51,067 nucleotides of DNA from Cyanobacteria bacterium J06598_1 (GTDB lineage Bacteria; Cyanobacteriota; Cyanobacteriia; Phormidesmidales; Phormidesmidaceae): positions 1 to 51,067 of the forward strand of contig JBCBDN010000001.1 of assembly GCA_038529685.1 (NCBI GenBank), written 5' to 3'. Below the pieces are notes generated by a model that saw only the letters and a list, made by a program, of their open reading frames with translations, made no database searches and was not told where the DNA came from. The translations under genes and the position numbers were made by a program. Numbering within the stretch: position 1 is the first letter of the stretch; each line of letters begins with the position of its first letter. Of the stretch, positions 29,250 to 39,262 are shown one piece after another.

Positions 29250-30587
29250 ATGTCTTCCCCTCCAAACAGCCCTACAGCCGATTTACAACAGTCTGTTGAA
29301 AGCCAGCTAAAAAGCTACGCTCGCTTCGGCGTAGACCTGGGGCTAGACCGAATAAAATCTGTTCTTTCTAACTTAGGAGATCCTCAAAAAAGCGTTCCAG
29401 TTATTCATGTCGCAGGCACCAATGGCAAGGGATCTGTCTGCGCTTATTTATCTTCTATATTGACGACCGCAGGCTACCGCACCGGGCGATATACCTCGCC
29501 GCATCTCGTCAACTGGACAGAGCGCATTTGCATCGACGGCCAGCCCATTAGCTGGTCAGCCTTGCAAACCCAGCTCAACACAGTCGAAAACGCTGTCGAG
29601 AGAACGGGACCTATCCCCACTCAGTTTGAAATTTTTACCGCCGCCGCTTGGCAATACTTTGCAGCCCAAGCTGTCGATATCGCAATCGTAGAAGTTGGCC
29701 TGGGCGGTCGGCTAGATGCAACAAATGTGTGCGATCGCCCCCTAGCCACCATCATTGTGTCCATCAGCCGCGACCACTGGCAAAGACTCGGCAATACCCT
29801 AGGCGAAATAGCCGGCGAGAAGGCCGGCATCCTAAAAGCGGAGGTAGATGCGATCGCCGGTCCCCTTCCTAACGCCGCCGCTGCCGTCGTCCAACAAAAA
29901 GCTGACTCGCTGAACACACCGCTCACTTGGGTAACTCCCGCCACAACGATAAGTTCAACCAAAGGCGACCTGTTAACTTACAACGACATCACCTATCGGC
30001 AAACCCTACTGGGCGACCATCAAAAAGTGAACTCAGCCTGTGCGATTGCCGCCATCCAATCGCTTCGCCGCCAAGGCTGGAGCATCTCTGACGAGGCCAT
30101 TACCCAAGGTATGCGCCACGTCCGCTGGCCAGGACGCCTCCAAAAAGCACAGTGGCAAGGGCACAACTTACTAATCGATGGCGCCCACAATTTGGATGCA
30201 GCCCAATCGCTCCGAACTTATATAGATAACGCCTACGCAAACCAGCCGATTACTTGGCTAATAGGCATGCTAGAAACCAAAGATCACTCAGGCGTCTTTA
30301 AAGCACTGCTGCGGCCCGCTGACCGGCTGCACTTAGTCCCTGTCCCCGGACATTTGAGCGCTGATGTGGATGCGTTGAGAGCGATCGCTCAAAAAACATG
30401 CCCTGGGTTAAATCAAGTGCAAACCCATCTCAGCATAGAATCAGCTCTGCCCGTAGTTGTCCAAACACAGCCCACCGATTCGCCGACTGTGCTGCCGACT
30501 GTTCCGCCGACTGTATTGTGCGGCTCGCTGTATTTGATCGGGCACTTTTACGAAACGCTGTACACAGGGTGGCAAAGCGACCTGTAA
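29250..30587 (+). CDS. folC: dihydrofolate synthase / folylpolyglutamate synthase
   Basis: IHVAGTNGKGS, YTSPHL, EVGLGGRLDATN, WPGRLQ, IDGAHN. Confidence 0.96.
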   Translation: MSSPPNSPTADLQQSVESQLKSYARFGVDLGLDRIKSVLSNLGDPQKSVPVIHVAGTNGKGSVCAYLSSILTTAGYRTGRYTSPHLVNWTERICIDGQPISWSALQTQLNTVENAVERTGPIPTQFEIFTAAAWQYFAAQAVDIAIVEVGLGGRLDATNVCDRPLATIIVSISRDHWQRLGNTLGEIAGEKAGILKAEVDAIAGPLPNAAAAVVQQKADSLNTPLTWVTPATTISSTKGDLLTYNDITYRQTLLGDHQKVNSACAIAAIQSLRRQGWSISDEAITQGMRHVRWPGRLQKAQWQGHNLLIDGAHNLDAAQSLRTYIDNAYANQPITWLIGMLETKDHSGVFKALLRPADRLHLVPVPGHLSADVDALRAIAQKTCPGLNQVQTHLSIESALPVVVQTQPTDSPTVLPTVPPTVLCGSLYLIGHFYETLYTGWQSDL

Positions 30588-30604
30588 AAAAGCGGTAGGG
30601 CACC

Positions 30605-30964
30605 CTATTCTTCGTAGCCTATTGGCGTTAGATAACAACCTGCAATTTTCCACAGACCACCCGACTGCCGCTGCATCACATAGGTCGCACGAATCAGATC
30701 GCCATCATTATCCATTAGCATTACCTGCTGAGCGGGCAACCCCTCTACCTCATGCAGCGATTCAAACACAACCGAGCGAGGTCGATATACCGAAGGGTAG
30801 CCCGCTTCCACCATAGCCACAAAGTTCTCTGGGGTACCAAACTGCTGCTGGATACCGGGCGCAGCTTGGGCAAACGCAGCGATCGCATCGTCCTTTTTGA
30901 ACGCCGCAATCTGCTGACCAATGACATCACGAATGGCTTGTAAATCTGTTTCTGCTAGGTCCAT
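30605..30964 (-). CDS. DUF4864 family protein
   Basis: AIRDVIGQQIAAFKKDDAIAAFAQAAPGIQQQFGTPENFVAMVEAGYP and WKIAGCYL. Confidence 0.85.
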   Translation of the reverse strand: MDLAETDLQAIRDVIGQQIAAFKKDDAIAAFAQAAPGIQQQFGTPENFVAMVEAGYPSVYRPRSVVFESLHEVEGLPAQQVMLMDNDGDLIRATYVMQRQSGGLWKIAGCYLTPIGYEE

Positions 30965-31092
30965 CTATATCAGGCGTGCCTACTTTTTTGTGCAGTTTAC
31001 TGTTTGTACTATAGCGCTGAGAACAGGAAAGCAGGGGAGCCGATCCATTCACTATATGATTAAGAGAAAAAGCATCACACACCGCATCCACC

Positions 31093-32079
31093 ATGCCCAT
31101 TATTGACGTTCAAAATCTTGGGAAAGTCTATCCGGTAGCGGTCAAAGAACCCGGCATGAAGGGCACGCTACAGCATTTTTTTCGTCGCACCTACCGCAAT
31201 ATCGAAGCCGTCAAACAGGTGTCATTTAACATTGAACCTGGCGAAGTGGTTGGCTTTTTGGGTGCAAATGGGGCCGGGAAAACAACCACCCTCAAAATGC
31301 TCACCGGACTCATTCACCCTTCCACAGGCAGCGTCAGCATTTCAGGGCACGAACCCTTCGAGCGAGCCCCCACGTTTCTAGAACAAATCACCCTCGTCAT
31401 GGGCCAAAAGCAGCAGCTAATTTGGGACCTACCCGCACTAGATTCACTTCGCATTAACGCAGCTGTGTACAACATTAGTCAGCGAGACTTTCGAGACCGC
31501 GTGGGCGAACTAGCCGACATGCTCTCCATTCAAGATCAGCTCAAACAGCCCGTACGCAAGCTCTCTTTGGGCGAACGAATGAAAGCCGAAATGCTCGCGG
31601 CCCTCCTCCATCGCCCCCAGGTACTTTTTCTCGACGAACCCACCCTCGGCTTAGATGTAAACGCACAAACCGCAGTTCGCCAGTTTCTCAAAGATTACAA
31701 CCAACGCTACGGCGCGACTATTTTGCTCACGAGCCACTACATGGCCGATATTACCGCGCTGTGCGATCGCGTCTTAGTCATTCACCAAGGCAGCTTAATC
31801 TACGATGGCTTGCTCGACGGACTGCTGGAAAAATTCGCACCTTACCGAGAGGTCTCCGTAGAGTTCGACAGCACGCAAACCCTTGAGAAAGACCAGCTGC
31901 TCAGCTACGGCAACCTGCAAACCCTAGAAGGCTGCAAAGCCACCTTTTTAGTTCCTGCCGCCGATCTTACCAGTATGGTCTCGGCCCTGCTTAATCAACT
32001 GAACATTCAAGATCTCTCCATCGCCGAACCGCCGATAGAAGACGTGATTGCCAAAGTCTTTGAAACCGGCAAAACATAG
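31093..32079 (+). CDS. ABC-2 exporter ATP-binding subunit (EvrA/viologen exporter-like)
   Basis: GANGAGKTT, VMGQKQQLIWDLP, LSLGERMK, FLDEPTLGLD. Confidence 0.92.
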   Translation: MPIIDVQNLGKVYPVAVKEPGMKGTLQHFFRRTYRNIEAVKQVSFNIEPGEVVGFLGANGAGKTTTLKMLTGLIHPSTGSVSISGHEPFERAPTFLEQITLVMGQKQQLIWDLPALDSLRINAAVYNISQRDFRDRVGELADMLSIQDQLKQPVRKLSLGERMKAEMLAALLHRPQVLFLDEPTLGLDVNAQTAVRQFLKDYNQRYGATILLTSHYMADITALCDRVLVIHQGSLIYDGLLDGLLEKFAPYREVSVEFDSTQTLEKDQLLSYGNLQTLEGCKATFLVPAADLTSMVSALLNQLNIQDLSIAEPPIEDVIAKVFETGKT

Positions 32080-32088
32080 CTCACCCCC

Positions 32089-32112
32089 CGGTGGCTGAGC
32101 GCAGTTGAAGCC
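32089..32112 (-). repeat. single diverged copy of the 24-nt dispersed repeat seen at 12187
   Basis: Reverse complement GGCTTCAACTGCGCTCAGCCACCG matches GACTTCGGCTACGCTCAGCCACCG at 20/24 positions. Confidence 0.75.
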
Positions 32113-32143
32113 CTCACCCCCTCACAGCCAAAGTGTATTTCCC

Positions 32144-32932
32144 ATGCGCCGCCCCCTCCACATTGTCCGAACACTAATCTCCGTTTACTACGCCTATATG
32201 GTGGAATACCGAGCCGAGCTGATTTTCTGGGTGCTCTCTGGCAGCTTCCCCCTAATTTTTCTAGGCCTGTGGAATCAAGCTGCTCAGTCAGGCAACTTAG
32301 GCTTTACCCCAGCTGAATTTGCTCGCTACTTTCTCAGCGTATTTTTCGTGCGGCAGTTCACAGTGGTCTGGGTGATTTGGGATTTTGAAAAAGAAGTGGT
32401 GGAGGGCACACTATCGCCACTACTGCTACAGCCGCTCGATCCGGTGTGGCGACATTTCTTCGGCCATGTTGCCGAGCGCCTAACGAGGGCTCCCTTTATC
32501 CTTTTACTGGTCGGTCTTTTTTGTGTGCTGTATCCAGAAGCCATTTGGATACCGACTCCCTATGCCTGCTTTTGGGGATCGATTGCGCTAGTCATGGCTT
32601 TCTGCCTGCGCTTCACGATTCAATACACCTTTGCCATGCTGGCCTTTTGGGTAGAGAAAGCCACCGCCATCGAACAGTTCTGGTTCTTGTTCTATACCTT
32701 TCTCTCGGGCATGGTGGCTCCTCTGGCGCTTTTTCCAGACATAGTTAGAACCGCCGCTCTCTGGACACCTTTTCCTTACCTAATTTATTTTCCAGCGAGT
32801 CTACTCATTGGTTTGCCCGTAAATTTACTTAGAGGACTGCTCGTCATGGTTGGCTGGGAGGTCATTTTCCTAGTGGTTAACCGTATGCTGTGGCGGGCAG
32901 GCCTGCAACATTACTCCGGAATGGGTGCTTGA
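32144..32932 (+). CDS. ABC-2 exporter permease (DUF990/EvrB-like)
   Basis: YYAYMVEYRAE, EGTLSPLLLQPLDP, C-terminal YSGMGA; ATG at 32144. Confidence 0.88.
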   Translation: MRRPLHIVRTLISVYYAYMVEYRAELIFWVLSGSFPLIFLGLWNQAAQSGNLGFTPAEFARYFLSVFFVRQFTVVWVIWDFEKEVVEGTLSPLLLQPLDPVWRHFFGHVAERLTRAPFILLLVGLFCVLYPEAIWIPTPYACFWGSIALVMAFCLRFTIQYTFAMLAFWVEKATAIEQFWFLFYTFLSGMVAPLALFPDIVRTAALWTPFPYLIYFPASLLIGLPVNLLRGLLVMVGWEVIFLVVNRMLWRAGLQHYSGMGA

Positions 32933-33193
32933 GTAGATGCTTTAAACTGCGGCATCATGCAGTCCATATCACATACGATTTGTATGCTGAAATCTTGCGC
33001 ATACAGGACGATTTGGGTAGCAAGTGACGGATATGTACATTTTCGTATGATCGGCTTCTTTTTTCGTCGTTTTTGCGCGATCGCGAAATCATAACCCTTT
33101 AGTCAGTTGATGAATAGAGTAAGAAGATTAGGCTATTTAGCTGATGTGTCGTCTAGGTAATGTTTACTATGTTGACGAAGACAAAAGGTTTTC

Positions 33194-33207
33194 GTAGTAA
33201 TAACTAC
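33194..33207 (+). promoter_or_regulatory. candidate NtcA box GTA-N8-TAC
   Basis: GTAGTAATAACTAC with a possible -10 (CATACT) 20 nt downstream, upstream of the ECF sigma gene. Confidence 0.45.
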
Positions 33208-33384
33208 CTAGCGAGTCACTGCGTGTTCATACTACCAACACAGACTGCTCCAGAGTTTCTACGGCTTTCTTTCTTTCTTTCAGACGTTCGCGTCCGTCAC
33301 TACTACCTTTCGCCTTTAGCTTCTCAATAGCTTTGAGCGTCACCGTCAGCGTGCAGCCACCTCTAGACTCAGAATCTGAAACTA

Positions 33385-34188
33385 ATGAGCAGCCTATCCC
33401 CTTTGAAACAGCCGGTCGCCCTTCGGAAAACCTCTTTACGAATAGTGCCAAAGCCCATCGTCGAAAAAGCGATAGCGCACAAGCAAGTTTCTACCATTGC
33501 TCTTCGCTCACAAGCCACACAGGATGCAGCACTTCACAAATCACTTCATGAGATCGAAATTCCGCTCGGAGAGCTTCCCAATAGCGATTTAGTCGTTCGC
33601 TGCCAAACTCACATCGACGGAGAGAAAGACCGAGCCGCCTTTGAAGAGCTCGTTCACCGCTATCAGCGCTATGTTGACAAGCTCCTGTATCACCTGGCAT
33701 CTGATTGGTCGGACCGTGCTGATTTGGCTCAAGAAGTCTGGATTCGGGTGTACCGCAGCATTCATCGCTTAAAAGAGCCTGCCAAGTTCAAAAGCTGGGT
33801 CGGCAGAATCACAACTAACTTGTTTTACGACGAATTGCGTAAGCGTAAGCGCTTCAAAGGCTCTGTTTCTTTAGATGCACCACGCCATTCTTCCGATGGC
33901 CAGTATGACTGGGAGCTGCCTTCTGGAGAACCCACCCCTGCGGACACCATGATGACGCAAGAGTTTCATGACCACCTCAAATCAGCGATGGCTGAGCTTC
34001 CTGAGGTCTTTCAAAAAACCATTGCAATGAGAGAGCTTCAGGGCCTGTCCTACGAAGAAATCGCCAACATCACAGGCGTTTCTTTAGGGACCGTTAAGTC
34101 ACGCATTGCCCGTGCCCGTCAACGGCTACAGGAAAAGCTCAACATTTACCTTGTGCCTGAATCGGCTGCCAAAAAGGCCGCAAAATAG
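33385..34188 (+). CDS. ECF sigma-70 factor, SigG/RpoE-like
   Basis: DRADLAQEVWIRVYR, ITTNLFYDELRKRKR, LSYEEIA..GVSLGTVKSRIARAR. Confidence 0.92.
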   Translation: MSSLSPLKQPVALRKTSLRIVPKPIVEKAIAHKQVSTIALRSQATQDAALHKSLHEIEIPLGELPNSDLVVRCQTHIDGEKDRAAFEELVHRYQRYVDKLLYHLASDWSDRADLAQEVWIRVYRSIHRLKEPAKFKSWVGRITTNLFYDELRKRKRFKGSVSLDAPRHSSDGQYDWELPSGEPTPADTMMTQEFHDHLKSAMAELPEVFQKTIAMRELQGLSYEEIANITGVSLGTVKSRIARARQRLQEKLNIYLVPESAAKKAAK

Positions 34189-34428
34189 GCAAGTAAAGGT
34201 CTCTACACTGCCTTGTAGATAAGCTAAGTCGTTACTTAGCTCACTCGAACATATAGATTTCCAAAGGATTGTGAATTTAAGTACAATGTCAGTTGAATAA
34301 ATAATTGAATCGTGGTAGCCAACGGCAGTTACTAGTTCATACGAATCGCTAATATTTAGTCAGAAGCGACGCGGGTAAGACAGAGTGACTCTGTAGAATT
34401 TAGGTAGACCTTTTTTCAGCCGAGCAGC

Positions 34429-35217
34429 ATGAAGCTAGCCCAATACACTCAAATACTCAGGCTGTTCTGGCAGGTTTCATTTGCTGCTGAGTTGGAGTAC
34501 CGCATTAATTTCGTGGTGGCAGTTGTTAGCAGTTTGGGTGGCTTGGCAGGCAGCTTGTTTGGTCTGTTTTTGTTTTATAGAACAGACTATAGTTTTCCAG
34601 GCTGGTCTTGGAGTGAATCTTTGCTAGTGCTGGGCGTCTTTACGGTTTTACAGGGTGTTTCAGCAACTTTTTTATCGCCAAATCTCAACAAAATTGTCCG
34701 CTATGTGCAGGAAGGCACGCTAGATTTTGTACTGCTAAAACCGGTTAGCTCGCAGTTCTGGCTATCAACCCATACCGTTTCGCCGTGGGGAATGCCGGAT
34801 CTGGTATTTGGTGTGGTGATGATTTTTTATGCGGGTGGGCAAGTCGGTCTCAGCACGTGGGACTATTTAGCGCTGCTGCCGCCTTTGGCATTAGGGGTTG
34901 TTAGCCTGTATAGTCTCTGGTTTATTTTGGGGGCCACTAGCATTTGGTTTGTCAAAATCTATAACGTGACTGAAGTATTGCGATCACTCTTAGAAGCCGG
35001 TCGATTTCCGATCGAAGGATACCCTGCTGCCTATCGAATATTTTTTACCTTTATTATTCCAGTCGCCTTTCTAACAACGGTACCGGCGCAAACCATGATG
35101 GGTCGTAGCGACCCGGTTTGGCTGCTTGGCTCTGCACTACTGGCGAGTGCACTTTTTTGGCTATCCAAAAGATTCTGGCAGTTTGCCCTACGCTTTTACA
35201 CCAGTGCCTCTAGCTAA
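34429..35217 (+). CDS. ABC-2 exporter permease (DUF990/EvrC-like)
   Basis: AAELEYRINF, EGTLDFVLLKP, C-terminal FYTSASS. Confidence 0.9.
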   Translation: MKLAQYTQILRLFWQVSFAAELEYRINFVVAVVSSLGGLAGSLFGLFLFYRTDYSFPGWSWSESLLVLGVFTVLQGVSATFLSPNLNKIVRYVQEGTLDFVLLKPVSSQFWLSTHTVSPWGMPDLVFGVVMIFYAGGQVGLSTWDYLALLPPLALGVVSLYSLWFILGATSIWFVKIYNVTEVLRSLLEAGRFPIEGYPAAYRIFFTFIIPVAFLTTVPAQTMMGRSDPVWLLGSALLASALFWLSKRFWQFALRFYTSASS

Positions 35218-35384
35218 TATGTAGCCTACCAAGCTAGCGCAAAGAACAACCTTATTACTCTCTTCTACAACAACTTATGCCATATGTTCTTTGGTTAGAG
35301 ATCCCTAGAGCATACAACACATTAAATACTTTGTTGAAGTTTCTCTCCAACATTCAGAACTCTATTAGCTCAAAAACCGTATAG

Positions 35385-35798
35385 TCAGAGGGTCTTCTGG
35401 TGAGAAACCTCAATTACAGTGTGCACATTACCCCGTGGCAAAAAATCTCCTTTCACAGTTGCTGTAAGCGGATCGCAGGCCGCAACAAAGTCATCCATAA
35501 TCTGATTAATGGACTCTTCATGAGAGATGTTTTTATCGCGATAGCTGTTGATGTACAGCTTGATTGCTTTTAGTTCAACAACTTTTTCATCCGGTACGTA
35601 GTGAATGTAAATGGTGGCAAAGTCAGGGTAGCCCGAGAACGGACATTTGCACGTGAACTCGGGCAGGGTGATGTCGATGGTGTACTGCCGCCCCGGCCTA
35701 GGGTTGGGAAAGGTAATGAGGGCACCTTCAGCGATCGCACGTTCGCCGTAGAGCACCTCATCGGTCGAGGTCGAGGCGGAAATATCTTGAGAGGTCAT
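35385..35798 (-). CDS. queF: NADPH-dependent 7-cyano-7-deazaguanine (preQ0) reductase
   Basis: PEFTCKCPFSGYPDFA, VELKAIKLY, ISHEE. Confidence 0.96.
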   Translation of the reverse strand: MTSQDISASTSTDEVLYGERAIAEGALITFPNPRPGRQYTIDITLPEFTCKCPFSGYPDFATIYIHYVPDEKVVELKAIKLYINSYRDKNISHEESINQIMDDFVAACDPLTATVKGDFLPRGNVHTVIEVSHQKTL

Positions 35799-35845
35799 GG
35801 GTAAAAGCAGCTAGCGAAAGTCACAGATAAAGGTATCAGGCTTAT

Positions 35846-36637
35846 CTAAGGTAGCAGGCTTTCTAGCACTTGACGCGGCGCAGTGACTTTCAAAATACGC
35901 TCTAGTAACCAGGGGGAGAGGCGATCGCACCACACCGCCAAGTGAGACTGCCAGCCTACCAACACTTCTGAGGCGTCTTTACTCAGACCCTGCACAAAAG
36001 CCTTCGCCACCTGCTCGGCGCTCATCGGAATCACGCCGCGAAACTTCTGCATATCTTTAGCCATATCCGTATCGGTAAGCGATGGCAGCAAGGTCATGAC
36101 TTTGACATTGTGCGGCGCTAGCTCCATCCGCAGCGCGCGGGTAAAGCCCACAATGGCAAACTTTGTTGCGGAATAGGTCGCCATCGTAGGTGCGGCAATT
36201 TTGCCCATTAGGCTAGAAACATTGACAATGGTGCCGCTCCGGCGAGACACCATCCGCCTAGCAATAGAGCTCGTCACGGTATACATGCCCATCATATTGG
36301 TGGACATTTCTGTTTGAACCTGGCGAGCGCGAGACTTTAAGAAGGGGGTTTGGTAGGCTACACCCGCACAGTTGATCAGCAAATCGATATCGCCATAGTC
36401 GCGCCAGACTCTGGCCATTACAGTACTGACATCCTCAGGAATGGTGAGGTCTAACGCCACAGGTACGGCCTCTACGTTTAAGCGGCGGATGCTATCAGCA
36501 ACCTGGTGCAGCTGATGCGTGCCGCGAGCAATCAAAATAAGACGGCGGACGCCATTTTTGGCAAGTTCGTATGCGATCGCCCGACCGATACCCCGAGAGG
36601 CACCCGTAATCAGCGCGATCTTACCTTTGATATTCAT
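35846..36637 (-). CDS. short-chain dehydrogenase/reductase
   Basis: ALITGASRGIG, LINCAG, NVSS, YSATK. ATG at 36637 preferred to 36757. Confidence 0.92.
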   Translation of the reverse strand: MNIKGKIALITGASRGIGRAIAYELAKNGVRRLILIARGTHQLHQVADSIRRLNVEAVPVALDLTIPEDVSTVMARVWRDYGDIDLLINCAGVAYQTPFLKSRARQVQTEMSTNMMGMYTVTSSIARRMVSRRSGTIVNVSSLMGKIAAPTMATYSATKFAIVGFTRALRMELAPHNVKVMTLLPSLTDTDMAKDMQKFRGVIPMSAEQVAKAFVQGLSKDASEVLVGWQSHLAVWCDRLSPWLLERILKVTAPRQVLESLLP

Positions 36638-36894
36638 CGGCAGTGATCCCAATAGTTTGTATTTTGTTTGAACGAATAGCCCGTCTACCAAGACACAGCA
36701 AAAGGTTCGGTCATGCGTACGGCTGAGGCGATGCCGCCGCCAAAGCTCATTAACCAAAGCTCATTAACCTTGGCGTAGCTTTAAAGCTCAAAACCTTTGA
36801 CTCTATGAAGTTGACGCTGACTCTATGGAGCTGCACAAACAGTGACGTGCATCAGACAGGCTATAGAGCGACACGTAGGAACAGAGGAACAGAT

Positions 36895-37077
36895 TTACAG
36901 GGCCGGACCCGCCTGACTACGGGCAGACGCATTCAACAAAATTCGCGCTGTAAACAAGCAGAGCTTCAGAGAAACTGCAACAGCCGCTTTCATCAGTAAG
37001 TGCTGTACGGAAGAAACACAGTAGCCGAAGCCAAGACCCAATGATTGAATGAGTCGACTAGATAGAAGAGATTTCAT
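36895..37077 (-). CDS. possible small hypothetical protein (60 aa)
   Basis: ATG with GAGGT about 10 nt upstream; amphipathic/hydrophobic; lies downstream of a perfect HLR1 site. Confidence 0.45.
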   Translation of the reverse strand: MKSLLSSRLIQSLGLGFGYCVSSVQHLLMKAAVAVSLKLCLFTARILLNASARSQAGPAL

Positions 37078-37166
37078 AAGTTAGCAGACCTCTTGGTCGA
37101 ATCAACATGCACACGCTAGCAACAGGATCATGAACGCGCAACACTTTTTCATATAAAGGCGTTTTT

Positions 37167-37184
37167 GTTACATTGATTTACATT
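37167..37184 (+). promoter_or_regulatory. perfect HLR1 (RpaB) direct repeat
   Basis: GTTACATT-GA-TTTACATT is an exact consensus match, in a divergent promoter region. Confidence 0.7.
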
Positions 37185-37428
37185 GATTATCAGATTGAGG
37201 CGAGGTTTAAAGTTTGGCAATTAGGGAAAGGCCCGTTGAAAGGGCCCTTCAGCGTTTGTGATCTATGAACACTATGAGAGGAGATCGCTCTCCCTGAGTC
37301 ACCACATTCTTAACAATTGCGTCTTTTTGTAACGTCATCTTTAAATCACTCTACGAAAATCTTTCCGCCTACCAGGCAACCCAGTAAACTGCTATGAACC
37401 AAATGTCCTTATTGATACATCGCAACCC

Positions 37429-38340
37429 TTGATTTCTTCTTCGCTGGTGACCGAGCTGTGCTGGCACAGTCTGATATTTTTCATCGTGACCGCCTTGGGT
37501 TACCTCATCGTTTCAGGAACTCTCTATGCCCTCGTTTTCCTCAGAAGGGCCTTTCAAGAGCATCCAAAACAGGCGCATCCAACAAAAGCAATTCCCATCG
37601 CCGTCAGGCAAATCCAGCAAAACCCATCCGCTCGTAAAATCTGGGCCGCTATCAGACACGATGTTTCACTTTCACTGTGGTCTTCTGCCATTTTCGCGGT
37701 GTGCGCTGCGCTCATGACCAGCGCCTACCAGCTCGGCTACACCCGACTCTATTTTGACCCAGCACAGCACAGCCTTGGCTACACCGCCTTTAGCCTTTGC
37801 CTAGTGCTCTTTCTTCAAGACACCTACTTCTACTTCACCCATCGGCTGGCCCATCACCCCAAGTGCTACCGCTGGATGCACAAAGGCCATCACCACTCCA
37901 ACAACCCCACGCCGCTTACAGCCTTTTCCTTTGACCCAGCAGAAGCCTTAATTCAAGCTCTCTATTTAATGGGCGCGGTTTGCCTCATCCCCATGCATAT
38001 CTCTGTGCTGAGCGCGGTGGTTCTCGTGATGAGTCTGGGCGCACTGATCCACCACTTCAGCCTGCGCATGTTTCAAACCTCCGCCTTTGGCCAATGGCTG
38101 GGCAGCTGGATGGTGGGCCCCATGCATCACTGGTTTCACCACCGCAAATACAACGTGCACTACGGGCTATATTTCACCTTTTGGGACAAGCTACTAGGCA
38201 CGCACTGCGACAGCTACGAAGAGATTTTGGAGCCATCCGTCACAGAGAAATCTCCTGTAGACAAGCCACTTCTCACCATCGCTACAACCGCAGAACGTAA
38301 AACACTGTCGTTCCCAGTGCCGTTCAAGAAAGCATCCTAA
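37429..38340 (+). CDS. sterol desaturase / fatty acid hydroxylase family protein
   Basis: His boxes YFTHRLAH, HKGHH, LIHH, HHWFHH, plus YFTFWDKLLGT. Confidence 0.9.
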   Translation: MISSSLVTELCWHSLIFFIVTALGYLIVSGTLYALVFLRRAFQEHPKQAHPTKAIPIAVRQIQQNPSARKIWAAIRHDVSLSLWSSAIFAVCAALMTSAYQLGYTRLYFDPAQHSLGYTAFSLCLVLFLQDTYFYFTHRLAHHPKCYRWMHKGHHHSNNPTPLTAFSFDPAEALIQALYLMGAVCLIPMHISVLSAVVLVMSLGALIHHFSLRMFQTSAFGQWLGSWMVGPMHHWFHHRKYNVHYGLYFTFWDKLLGTHCDSYEEILEPSVTEKSPVDKPLLTIATTAERKTLSFPVPFKKAS

Positions 38341-38359
38341 ACCGCTTATTGTTCTGTCA

Positions 38360-39174
38360 ATGATTGACCACGATCGGCTATTCAAAGAGCTACTGTCGAC
38401 ATTCTTAATTGAATTCATCGAATTATTTCTGCCGGAAATGAATTTCCCGACTTCTCAGTCCTGCAATTCAACTATCGAGTTATCCAGCTCAACCAACTGA
38501 ACTGGAGAGATTTCTTGAATCGAAAGAATCCGGTGGCTGCTGCCTTGATGGCAAAGATGAAGATTGCGCCGAAGGATAGACCCAAAGTTAAAGCCGAATG
38601 TTTGCGTCTACTCGTTACGCTGAATTTAGAGCCGGCAAGGATACAGCTCATTTCTGGCTTTGTTGATGCCTATTTGAGATTAACGCCAGAAGAAATGCCA
38701 CAGTTTCAAACTGAGTTGGAACAGGTAGAGCCCAACGAGCTTAAAGGAGAAGTGATGGAAATTGTAACCAGCTGGATGGAGCAAGGGCTTGAACAGGGAC
38801 GACAGAGTGAAGTTCGGGTTCTTACAAAGCTTTTGACACGTCAGGTTGGGCAACTGCGCCCTGAACAGACACAGCAGATTGAGGGACTAACGATCTCTAG
38901 GCTCGAACAGATCTTTGACCAACTGCCTGCGATACAGGCTATTGAAGTACTGAGTACATTGCTGAGAGATATCGAAATTTCAGAAGGGTTTGAGGGTGAG
39001 AAGGCTGTGGTGCTGAATCAGATCAGACAGCAAGTGGGCGCGATCGCACCCAAACAAAAGCAGCAGCTACTCGCCCTCTCCTCTGAACAGTGGCAAGCCC
39101 TAGCTGCGCTAAACCTCGACAGTATTGAAGCGTTAGATAGTTGGCTATCACTCGCACGCACCCAAAGTGCCTAA
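38360..39174 (+). pseudogene. Rpn/PD-(D/E)XK-DUF4351-like gene with internal deletion and frameshift
   Basis: ATG 38360 gives MIDHDRLFKELLSTFLIEFIELFLPE. A different frame resumes at 38440 with EFPDFSVLQFNYRVIQLNQLNWRDFL..NPVAAALMAKM..MEIVTSWMEQG. The intervening nuclease core is missing. Confidence 0.8.
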
Positions 39175-39262
39175 CGCGACTAGTCAGAGCGGCCCCAAAC
39201 CCGCTAGTGTGGGAAAGTCTTTTTACACACTGCTTAGCGAATAGCGTACGCCCTAGACCTCT

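Noticed and set aside
35385-35798. queF as part of a deazaguanine DNA-modification system
   Set aside because: No dpd/tgtA-like neighbours; it is consistent with ordinary queuosine synthesis.
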